Below are positions 8,297 to 15,890 of a stretch of 20,000 nucleotides of DNA, piece by piece (the stretch's first letter is position 1; every line of letters starts with the position of its first letter). Source of the DNA: an uncultured virus (IMG/VR IMGVR_UViG_3300024432_002033) (lineage: Duplodnaviria; Heunggongvirae; Uroviricota; Caudoviricetes); the IMG/VR virus record IMGVR_UViG_3300024432_002033; one strand, 5' to 3'. The notes beneath the pieces are model-generated. The model had not been told where the DNA came from, searched no databases, and saw nothing but the letters and a program-made list of their open reading frames with translations. Made by a program: the position numbers and the translations under genes.

Positions 8297-8944
8297 CTAA
8301 ATCGGGCTTGCCTTTATGAAGGTCATTAAAAGTCTCCTTCCCTCCACAATGAAGCGCCTCCACTGTTTCGTGATATGTGGTTTAACGGGAGAGGGAAGGA
8401 TTTCGCAGCATAACTCGGCTTCTTCTACTTTGAAGAAGGGATCGAGCATTTCGAATGCTTCATCATGAGTCCATCTGCTGAGAACGTTTGCATTGTCTCT
8501 GTAAGCGCTGGCGATAAACATCACTAGTAGTACTCCATTTGGCTTTAGGACGCGCTTGAATTCAGCTAGGGCTGATCTGTGATTGGATAAGTAGTATAGA
8601 AGCCAGTAAGCGATTATACAGTCCTCGCTATCAGTCGGGATCTGCGGCATATTCTGCACATCGGCGATTATGACATCCCTCCGCTTTCCAGGCCATTGTT
8701 CTGGAGTTTTCAAGTCTAATAGCCGATATCTGCTACAGTTCGAGAAAAAGCGCCAATAGCCATATAGATCATTATTACTCCCACAATTTAAGACGCTGCC
8801 TGTGATATCCTCCCCATGTCTATATAGGAACTCCATTGAGGTCTCCCTGTGTCCAATATCGGGATGCCTTCGATGAAGTAATCCCTCGGTCCATTTCTGC
8901 GAAAATTCTTCATCCAGAAGTCGGACCTTGAAGGGGATCATCAA
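8297..8944 (-). CDS. Class I SAM-dependent methyltransferase (Methyltransf_11-like)
   Basis: VLNCGS motif I variant, LLD, IIADVQNMP, EDCIIAYWLLYYL and ALAEFKRVLKPNGVL. Confidence 0.85.
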   Translation of the reverse strand: MMIPFKVRLLDEEFSQKWTEGLLHRRHPDIGHRETSMEFLYRHGEDITGSVLNCGSNNDLYGYWRFFSNCSRYRLLDLKTPEQWPGKRRDVIIADVQNMPQIPTDSEDCIIAYWLLYYLSNHRSALAEFKRVLKPNGVLLVMFIASAYRDNANVLSRWTHDEAFEMLDPFFKVEEAELCCEILPSPVKPHITKQWRRFIVEGRRLLMTFIKASPI

Positions 8945-9053
8945 GAAAATGTAGCAAGCCTCACGGATATAAAAATTTCCGCGCCGTACTGTGGCGCTCG
9001 CGTCGCTCGTGCGCGCGGTTTAAGTGAGAGCCATTGATATTATATTGAACGCC

Positions 9054-10043
9054 ATGAAGGTAGCTAAACTTGCGGCTCCCGGGAAGATGGAGTTCTTCGA
9101 GGAGCCCCTTCCCGAGTTGAGGAAAAAAGGGGAAATCCTGATCCAACCCAGATTTATGGGCATATGCGGGACCGATCTCCACTATTTCCGCCATGGTGGC
9201 CTCGGTTCTCATATGCAGGAATTACCGATGTCGATAGGACATGAAGTCTCCGGCACCGTCTCGGATAGCCTCAGTGAAGATTATGAGATCGGAGACAAGC
9301 TGGCAATCGAGCCGGGTCTGCACTGCGGGAATTGTAAATATTGCGAAAGTGGAATGCAGAATCTATGTCAGAGCCCTAGGTTTATTGGCTCTAATGTAGA
9401 GGGCGCTTTTCGTGAATGGATGGTTGTAGATGAGAAGCAAGTATTGAGAATACCTAAATCCATGAGCCTAACAGATGCTGTAATGATCGAGCCATTGAGC
9501 GTGGCAATTCACGCTGTAAGGAGGAGCCGGCTCCAACTGGGCGACAGTGTGGCCATCTACGGAGTTGGACCGATCGGGTTACTAATCCTCCAAGTCTGTA
9601 AGGCAATGGGATGTGGGGCGAGTTACGTCTATGATAAATTGGATTATAGGGTTTCATTTGCAAAGCGGTTTGGTGCAGAACCAATATGTAAAGAGGAGCC
9701 TCCGACGGTCGATATCGCATTTGATGCTGCAGGCGCGCAGGAGACGATTGACCTCTGTTTCAAGGGAACGGGTAAAGGTGGGACAGTTGTGCTCGTCGGC
9801 GTGCCCGAAACCGATTTTGTAAGTTATAATCCTCACATTAGTAGGATAAAAGAGCTCAACGTCTATAACTGCAGGCGCGCCAACAGGGCGCTCAGTTTGG
9901 CCCTCGAACTTTTCTTGTCCGATAAAGTATCTTTCGAGGGGATGGTAACCCATACGTTTTCACTTGAGAATATACAAGAAGCTTTCGAGACCGCCGCCGA
10001 TTATCGGGATCAAGTGATCAAGGCAGTCATTCAGAGGGGCTGA
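9054..10043 (+). CDS. Zn-dependent medium-chain dehydrogenase (sorbitol/threonine dehydrogenase-like)
   Basis: GICGTDLH, GHE, structural Zn motif CGNCKYC..7..C, IEPLSVAIHA and the GVGPIG Rossmann motif. ATG at 9054 lies ~30 nt after TTTAAG (the ORF track start is 9024). Confidence 0.93.
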   Translation: MKVAKLAAPGKMEFFEEPLPELRKKGEILIQPRFMGICGTDLHYFRHGGLGSHMQELPMSIGHEVSGTVSDSLSEDYEIGDKLAIEPGLHCGNCKYCESGMQNLCQSPRFIGSNVEGAFREWMVVDEKQVLRIPKSMSLTDAVMIEPLSVAIHAVRRSRLQLGDSVAIYGVGPIGLLILQVCKAMGCGASYVYDKLDYRVSFAKRFGAEPICKEEPPTVDIAFDAAGAQETIDLCFKGTGKGGTVVLVGVPETDFVSYNPHISRIKELNVYNCRRANRALSLALELFLSDKVSFEGMVTHTFSLENIQEAFETAADYRDQVIKAVIQRG

Positions 10044-10047
10044 TGAT

Positions 10048-10713
10048 ATGGGTGTTATAATCATCGGGGGAGCTGCGGGCTCGCAGATTGCCCAAGAGAT
10101 ATATCAGCTTCAGAGGATCCCAATTATCGGTTTCATGAATAATTTCGTCCCAGAGGAGATGCAAGAAGAGCGGCTCATGGCGCCCGTATTGGGAGACTAC
10201 CAGGAAGAGGCAAATCTTGCTGTGCTGAGGAAGCCGAATATCAATTATTTCGTGGCTACCGGCAACAACAGAATAAGAAAGGAGATCGTCGAGGACCTTC
10301 TAGAACTTACTGGGAAATACCCGATCAACGCCATTCATCCCATGGCCTTTGTCTCCCCCTCTGCGGAGATAGGATGGGGTAACTTAATCGTCGTCTTCGC
10401 CTATGTCCGAAACGGCTGCATAGTTGGTAACTGTGTGATCCTCAACGGAGGAGTGCAATTAGGGCAGGACAATATTATTGAAGACTATGTGCAGATAGCG
10501 CCTGGCGCCTCAATTGGGGGTTATTCCATCGTGAAGAAGCTTGCGTTCGTTGGGATAGGTGCGCAGACGGATACCCGAATCACGATAGGGGAAGGCGCCT
10601 TAGTCGCGGGTGGAGCCTTCGTGAAAGAAGACGTTGCTCCTTGGACGATGGTCGCCGGAACTCCCGCTGTCTATAAGAAGGACATAGAGGGCATCGACGC
10701 GGTCTATAAATGA
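10048..10713 (+). CDS. Sugar N-/O-acetyltransferase, PglD/NeuD family (left-handed beta-helix)
   Basis: N-terminal IIIGG domain, VATGNNRIRK, NAIHPMAFVSPSAEIG, hexapeptide repeats and C-terminal VAGTPA. Confidence 0.9.
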   Translation: MGVIIIGGAAGSQIAQEIYQLQRIPIIGFMNNFVPEEMQEERLMAPVLGDYQEEANLAVLRKPNINYFVATGNNRIRKEIVEDLLELTGKYPINAIHPMAFVSPSAEIGWGNLIVVFAYVRNGCIVGNCVILNGGVQLGQDNIIEDYVQIAPGASIGGYSIVKKLAFVGIGAQTDTRITIGEGALVAGGAFVKEDVAPWTMVAGTPAVYKKDIEGIDAVYK

Positions 10714-10812
10714 GATCGAGGCCACCGCAAAAGTTAGCGGTCCGCAGATACGAACCAAACCAGAGTAAGCCTTAAAAAGGGAGTTCGGGGACCCGAACCC
10801 GTTTTATTGAGG
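10714..10812 (+). repeat. Conserved promoter/operator repeat, copy 2
   Basis: gatcgaggcca...aaaagttagcGGTCCGcagataCGAACCaaaccagagtaagcCTTAAAAAgggaGTTCGgggaccCGAACccgttttattgagg, immediately followed by the aminotransferase ATG. It fills the entire intergenic gap. Confidence 0.92.
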
Positions 10813-11922
10813 ATGAGAGTCCGAAAATTCGACCTTAAATTCGACGAATATCAGATCGAGGCATTCAAGGCTATCTGTGAAGATATCCTTACCGCGCCCA
10901 GGCCCATCAGTAATGGATACTATGTGAAGGAATTCGAGAAGGCATTCATCAAGACAACGGGATCGAAATATGGCACGGCCGTCATGAATGGTACAGGCGC
11001 CCTCGAGGTCGCTTTGAGGGCTTTAGAGCTGGAAAATGAAACCATAATCATACCCACGAACACCTTCATTTCGACTGCCTTAACGGTCGAGAACATAGGA
11101 GCCATGATTCATCCCGTTGATATTGAGAATGAGACATTCGGCCTTGATCCAAGGAAACTCGAGGAGGCTCTTGACCAGTTAGATGTCGGGGCAGTGATCC
11201 TCGTCCATATAGGGGGTCAGATCTCGAAACATGTTGATGAGATCATCCGTATCTGTTATGAATATGAAGTGCCGCTGATCGAAGATGCATCGCAGGCTCA
11301 TTGCGCAGAATATAAATATAAGGCAGGCTCATTCGGTGAAGTCGGCACCTTTAGCTTCATGTCAACAAAGGCCATGACCACGGCTGAGGGCGGTATGATC
11401 GTTACCGACAACGAGAAGCTTGATAGTAGGATGAAGCAAATCCGCAGTTATGGGGCTCCACCCGAAGATTCACAGATTCACACGATTATCGGGGGCAACT
11501 ACAAAATGACTGAATTTCAAGCAGGCCTCGGACTCCTTGAGCTGAAGCGCGTCGAAAGGCGGATCGAGGAGAGAAGGAAACTGTCCGAGGAGTACATTAA
11601 ACGTCTGAAGGGGAATCCCGCTTATACACCAGCGGAACATTATGGCCACGCATCCTATTATAAGCAGATCATCCAATTCACGGGCGACGTGATCGAACTT
11701 AGACGGTATTGCAAGCAAAGAGAAGTTGATATGACGGGGGAGGTTTATTACAATCCCATACACTCGCAGCCGATATATAGGGGCAGATTCACTGGCCAGG
11801 ATTTCCCCGTGGCTGATTATTATTGCAAGCACCACATATGCCCTCCAAACTATCCAGAATTGTCTCTTGAGCAGGTGAAGTACGTCTGCGACGTCCTCGA
11901 TGAATTCACGAAGAAGACTTGA
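10813..11922 (+). CDS. DegT/DnrJ/EryC1/StrS family PLP-dependent aminotransferase
   Basis: NGTGALEVAL, PTNTFIST, IEDASQAH, the FSFMSTKAMTTAEGG catalytic-Lys motif and GGNYKMTEFQAGLG. ATG at 10813 (in-frame TTG at 10807). Confidence 0.94.
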   Translation: MRVRKFDLKFDEYQIEAFKAICEDILTAPRPISNGYYVKEFEKAFIKTTGSKYGTAVMNGTGALEVALRALELENETIIIPTNTFISTALTVENIGAMIHPVDIENETFGLDPRKLEEALDQLDVGAVILVHIGGQISKHVDEIIRICYEYEVPLIEDASQAHCAEYKYKAGSFGEVGTFSFMSTKAMTTAEGGMIVTDNEKLDSRMKQIRSYGAPPEDSQIHTIIGGNYKMTEFQAGLGLLELKRVERRIEERRKLSEEYIKRLKGNPAYTPAEHYGHASYYKQIIQFTGDVIELRRYCKQREVDMTGEVYYNPIHSQPIYRGRFTGQDFPVADYYCKHHICPPNYPELSLEQVKYVCDVLDEFTKKT

Positions 11923-11928
11923 GAAGGG

Positions 11929-12966
11929 ATGATCGAATTGACTGAGATGGCGCTGATAACAACGACGATCAATACCGCCGAGGTACTCAAACTTTATAGA
12001 AGGATGAACCCGGATATTCCCTTCTTCATTACGGGGGACAGGAAATCTCCACACGAAAAGCTGAAACAACTGGCTAAGGACCTAGGCAACGTCCACTACT
12101 ACGATGTTGAGGACCAGAAAAAACTTGGGTACAAGTCCTCGGAGATCATCGGGTGGAATACGATCAGACGGCGTAATATTGCCCTTCTGGAAGCCTTGAG
12201 ATACGGGGCGGATAAGATTGTCACGCTAGACGATGACAATATCCCCTTATCTTCCTCATATTTTCAAGATTTCAACATTCTGCTCTCTCAAGGTTTTGAC
12301 GGTTTGATGGCTTCAACCTTGAAAGGCTGGTTTAATGTCGGAGACTATTTCAGCCCCAAGATCTACCATAGAGGCTTCCCCCTCGAATATCGACAGATGG
12401 AACGTGAAGTACAGTTTATTCCCGTCGTGGACAAGAAGATCGGGGTAGCCGCGGGGCTGTGGTTTGGAGATCCGGATATCGATGCGATGGACCGAATAAC
12501 AAATCAGCCCATAGTCCATCAGATCTCCCAGATTCTCCATGAGGGAGTCGTAGTCGAAGAGGGAATTTTCTCACCCTTTGATTCGCAGAATACCGCATTC
12601 GTGAGGCAGCTTGCACCCCTGATGATGATGCTTGAAGTGGGTCGGTATGATGATATCTGGGCCTCCTACCTGACGCAGAGAGTTATGCATGAGAAGGGTT
12701 TCCACGTCCATTACGGGCCTCCTTTCGTATGGCAGGAAAGAAATAGGCAGAATCTCCTCGGGAACCTTGAAGCTGAGATCTTTGGGATGAAGCATACGCC
12801 TCGATTCTGCGAAGACTTGAGGCGGGTGGAGCTTGATAAGGGGAGCGTTATAGACAATCTTCAAACAATTTATGGTGAACTCGCTCAGCATGGAAAGGAT
12901 TATTTGCCTGAAGCAATGCTCAAGCAATTCGATCCTTGGTTAGAGGATCTAGAACGGGTAATGTAA
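11929..12966 (+). CDS. RGP/GT75 (UDP-arabinopyranose mutase)-like or STELLO/DUF288-like GT-A protein
   Basis: ITTTIN, RRNIALL, the TLDDDN acidic motif, HRGFP, GLWFGDPDIDA and GRYDDIW match hallmark motifs of reversibly glycosylated polypeptides and the related DUF288 family. Confidence 0.78.
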   Translation: MIELTEMALITTTINTAEVLKLYRRMNPDIPFFITGDRKSPHEKLKQLAKDLGNVHYYDVEDQKKLGYKSSEIIGWNTIRRRNIALLEALRYGADKIVTLDDDNIPLSSSYFQDFNILLSQGFDGLMASTLKGWFNVGDYFSPKIYHRGFPLEYRQMEREVQFIPVVDKKIGVAAGLWFGDPDIDAMDRITNQPIVHQISQILHEGVVVEEGIFSPFDSQNTAFVRQLAPLMMMLEVGRYDDIWASYLTQRVMHEKGFHVHYGPPFVWQERNRQNLLGNLEAEIFGMKHTPRFCEDLRRVELDKGSVIDNLQTIYGELAQHGKDYLPEAMLKQFDPWLEDLERVM

Positions 12967-12991
12967 ATGAGAGGCGTGAGAAAAATGAAGG

Positions 12992-13092
12992 GATCGAGGC
13001 CAGAGCAAAAGGTTATTGGTCCGCAGATCCGAACCAAACTAGGGTAAACTTTAAAAGGGAGTTCTGGAACCCGAACCCGTCTTATCGAGGAT
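12992..13092 (+). repeat. Conserved promoter/operator repeat, copy 3
   Basis: gatcgaggccagagcaaaaggttattGGTCCGcagatcCGAACCaaactagggtaaacTTTAAAAgggaGTTCTggaaccCGAACccgtcttatcgaggat, directly before the epimerase ATG at 13095. Confidence 0.92.
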
Positions 13093-13094
13093 AA

Positions 13095-14099
13095 ATGGCT
13101 GAGGACAAAACTGGAGAAGCTCCGTCTAGGGAAAAATGCCTTGTGACGGGCTCGTCAGGATTTATCGGCAGTCATATGGTGAACTTCCTTAAGAATCGAG
13201 GATATTGGGTGCGCGGAGTCGACGTGAGGCACAAGTCTGAATGTCACCTGAAGACGTTTGAAGATGAGTTTTATCAGTTGGATTTGAGAGTGGCTGAAAA
13301 TGCGGTCTACATGGTTAAAGACATAGATTATGTGTTTCATTTAGCCGCCAACATGGGGGGTGTAGGATACATTATGGAGATCCACTCCCCGGTGCTCTAT
13401 GATAATCTCATGATTAACCTTAATATGCTGGAAGCCGCTCGCTTCGAGGGGGTTGAAAGATTCTTCTTCAGCAGCTCGGCATGCGTCTATAACCGAGAAC
13501 TTCAGACTATGCCGGACGTGACGCCTCTAAGGGAAAGCGATGTATACCCGGCTTGGCCCGATTCGGTCTACGGGTGGGAGAAACTCATCGCCGAGATAGC
13601 ATGTGAAAATTATGAGAAGGACTATGGGCTCCCCGTCAGAATCGCACGTTTCCACAACGTAATGGGACCCTATGGCACCTACAAGGGCGGAAGAGAGAAA
13701 GTGCCAGCCGCGCTCTGCCGAAAGGTTGCGGAGGCCCATGACGGAGATAAAATCGAGATCTGGGGAGACGGGAAACAGACGCGAAGCTTCCTCTATATAG
13801 ATGACTGTTGTGAGGCATTCTATCAGCTCGTGCTCAGCAACTACAACAAACCCGTTAACATCGGCACGGACCGCCTGATCTCGATAGACGACCTTGCCTG
13901 CCTCATACTCGAAATCGCCGATAAAGACTGTGACTTGTATCATGATATGAGCCGTTGGCAGGGGGTTAGAGGTCGAAATGCCGATCTCACACTGGTCAAG
14001 AGCGCGATTGGTTGGGAGCCGAAGACCAGCCTAGAGGAGGGCCTACTGCGCACCTACGAATGGATAAAGAAGATGGTACAGGAAGATGCAGTCTCATAG
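13095..14099 (+). CDS. GDP-mannose 3,5-epimerase-like extended SDR
   Basis: GSSGFIG, HLAANMGGVGYI, SSSACVY, YGWEK (YxxxK), GGREKVPAALCRK, WGDGKQTRSF and GVRGRN, which are characteristic of the GME subfamily. Confidence 0.9.
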   Translation: MAEDKTGEAPSREKCLVTGSSGFIGSHMVNFLKNRGYWVRGVDVRHKSECHLKTFEDEFYQLDLRVAENAVYMVKDIDYVFHLAANMGGVGYIMEIHSPVLYDNLMINLNMLEAARFEGVERFFFSSSACVYNRELQTMPDVTPLRESDVYPAWPDSVYGWEKLIAEIACENYEKDYGLPVRIARFHNVMGPYGTYKGGREKVPAALCRKVAEAHDGDKIEIWGDGKQTRSFLYIDDCCEAFYQLVLSNYNKPVNIGTDRLISIDDLACLILEIADKDCDLYHDMSRWQGVRGRNADLTLVKSAIGWEPKTSLEEGLLRTYEWIKKMVQEDAVS

Positions 14100-15111
14100 T
14101 GAACGCGGTGAGGACAAAGCGGGCGCTGGAGGAAATCCAACCCTTGAAAGTCCAATTAAAATCTACGTTATCGCCCCATGGACTGTGACCGAGAATGAAC
14201 ATGCTTTTCTGAGAGCTCACTCGCCCCTCGATTCCGGGAGATGGGCTAATATTGAATTCTGTGATTGTTTCGATGACACTGATCTGTATATAGTCTTCTG
14301 GGGCGGTGGGCCAAATCCCTATCGTAGGATGAAACGATGCCCTGCTCATTCAGTGCTCAATTTTACTAGAGAGAGCAGTCGAAGGATTGCGCCTGAATGG
14401 ACGTTTGGCGAAGAAACGATTTACTGTCAATGGCCATCCGATACACTCAATCTTCAGATTTGGGGTGGAGATGGAGCTCCTAATCCTCACGAAAGGGTGA
14501 AGCATTATTCAGATCTCAACGGCGCCCCTTTTCCAAAGAAATCAGGTCTTCTCTCGTGGATAACCACCGGAGATTACTCCCTTCCTAGTGAGCGGGATCG
14601 AATAGATTTCATGAGGAAATTTACAAACGAGTACCCTGGCGTGCTGGATCTATATGGCAGGAACACGGGCGAATTCGATTTGAGTTCGATTGACACCTAT
14701 AAGGGACCTCTAGAGAACAATCGGGGTGCGCTGGATCCATATGAATATACTTTTACCTTCGAGAATATCCGTGAGCCCAATTACATGTCGGAGAAGTTTA
14801 ACGATGCTATCCTAGCGGGATGCATTCCCATCTACCGGGGCATGACAAACATAGCCAATTATTACCCGAAGGGCTCATTCATTGAGGTAGACATAACTAG
14901 GGAAGACGCACCTCAAAAGGTCATGAAAATATTAGAGAGCGATCATAGGGAACAAAATATAGAAGCTCTGTATAAGGCGAAAGATTTACTGCTCAACAAA
15001 TATCAATTCTGGCCGGCTCTATTCGGGCTCATTCATCGGCTTATAGAGAACGGCACGATTGACCTAAATAAGCTGGAATGGCGAAGGAATAAAAATCGAT
15101 ATATTTACTGA
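14086..15111 (+). CDS. Glycosyltransferase family 10 (alpha-1,3-fucosyltransferase-like)
   Basis: GT10 motif YEYTFTFENIREPNYMSEKFNDAILAGCIPIYRG, plus R..F and DLYGR. Alternative TTG start at 14143 with GGAGG RBS. Confidence 0.85.
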   Translation: MQSHSERGEDKAGAGGNPTLESPIKIYVIAPWTVTENEHAFLRAHSPLDSGRWANIEFCDCFDDTDLYIVFWGGGPNPYRRMKRCPAHSVLNFTRESSRRIAPEWTFGEETIYCQWPSDTLNLQIWGGDGAPNPHERVKHYSDLNGAPFPKKSGLLSWITTGDYSLPSERDRIDFMRKFTNEYPGVLDLYGRNTGEFDLSSIDTYKGPLENNRGALDPYEYTFTFENIREPNYMSEKFNDAILAGCIPIYRGMTNIANYYPKGSFIEVDITREDAPQKVMKILESDHREQNIEALYKAKDLLLNKYQFWPALFGLIHRLIENGTIDLNKLEWRRNKNRYIY

Positions 15112-15173
15112 CCTGGGCTTGTGTAGGGGATCACAAGGGCACGGCTTGGATCCTTTGGAGGGATCGAAATTTA

Positions 15174-15815
15174 ATGAGAAAATGGGAAAAATGGTGGGCG
15201 AACGTGCCCGACGACTACATGCTGGTTGAGGTGCAGCGGACCCACCCGATCAGGAGCCTGATGGCCGAGGAAGCGAAGATAGGGGAAAACGTCCTAGACG
15301 TCGCCTGTGGCCAATGCATAAGTTATCCCTTTTTCAGAATAGCGGGCCTCAGATACGTCGGACTGGACCTCACGAAGAAATTCATTGAATCCTCCAGGGA
15401 AATGCATCCCGGCATCGAGCTCCACGAAGCCAACGCGCTGAACATGCCCTATGCCGACGCTTCCTTCGATACCGTCTGCTGTAAAGACCTCCTCGAGCAC
15501 CTCAGCCCCGAGGATGTCCAAACCCTCATCAGAGAAATGTGGAGGGTCACGAAGCTGAAGATGATGATAGCCTTCTTCCTACCACCATGGGACAAACCCG
15601 CCTCCATCGTTCTCATCGACGGCCTCCATGGCCCATATTATCATAATCAGTATAACAAACACGAAATAATGGCCATGATCAAAGACCTTGAGGATCTCGA
15701 TAAGGTGGACATCCAATGGGTCCGCAGCGATGCCGCGATAAAACTCAGACCGCCCCTCGGCGAGAAACCATACACGCATGCCCCCCTTTACATAATCACG
15801 AAAAAAACATCCTAG
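15174..15815 (+). CDS. Class I SAM-dependent methyltransferase (Methyltransf_11-like)
   Basis: VLDVACGQC, VGLDLT, ANALNMPYADASFDTVCCKDLLEHL and IREMWRV. Confidence 0.9.
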   Translation: MRKWEKWWANVPDDYMLVEVQRTHPIRSLMAEEAKIGENVLDVACGQCISYPFFRIAGLRYVGLDLTKKFIESSREMHPGIELHEANALNMPYADASFDTVCCKDLLEHLSPEDVQTLIREMWRVTKLKMMIAFFLPPWDKPASIVLIDGLHGPYYHNQYNKHEIMAMIKDLEDLDKVDIQWVRSDAAIKLRPPLGEKPYTHAPLYIITKKTS

Positions 15816-15890
15816 ACAGATGGGGAAGAAGGCTTCGCCCCTGGCTCAAGGTCATCCCTGTCTCGCCTTCGGAGCGGCCCCTTCACCCGA

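Noticed and set aside
7746..8944. Methyltransferases as DNA restriction-modification enzymes
   Set aside because: No DPPY/NPPY or PC catalytic motifs. The motifs match FkbM and small-molecule/sugar class I methyltransferases in a glycan context.
10740..10798. Palindromes as Gram-positive LexA (Cheo) boxes
   Set aside because: That box is CGAAC-N4-GTTCG. Here the half-sites are in the opposite order with a 6-bp spacer, in an archaeal-type promoter context.
3944..13092. The three repeats as a CRISPR array or tRNA-derived att sites
   Set aside because: Copies are ~90-100 bp, kilobases apart, in both orientations and separated by whole genes. There is no spacer periodicity and no cloverleaf.
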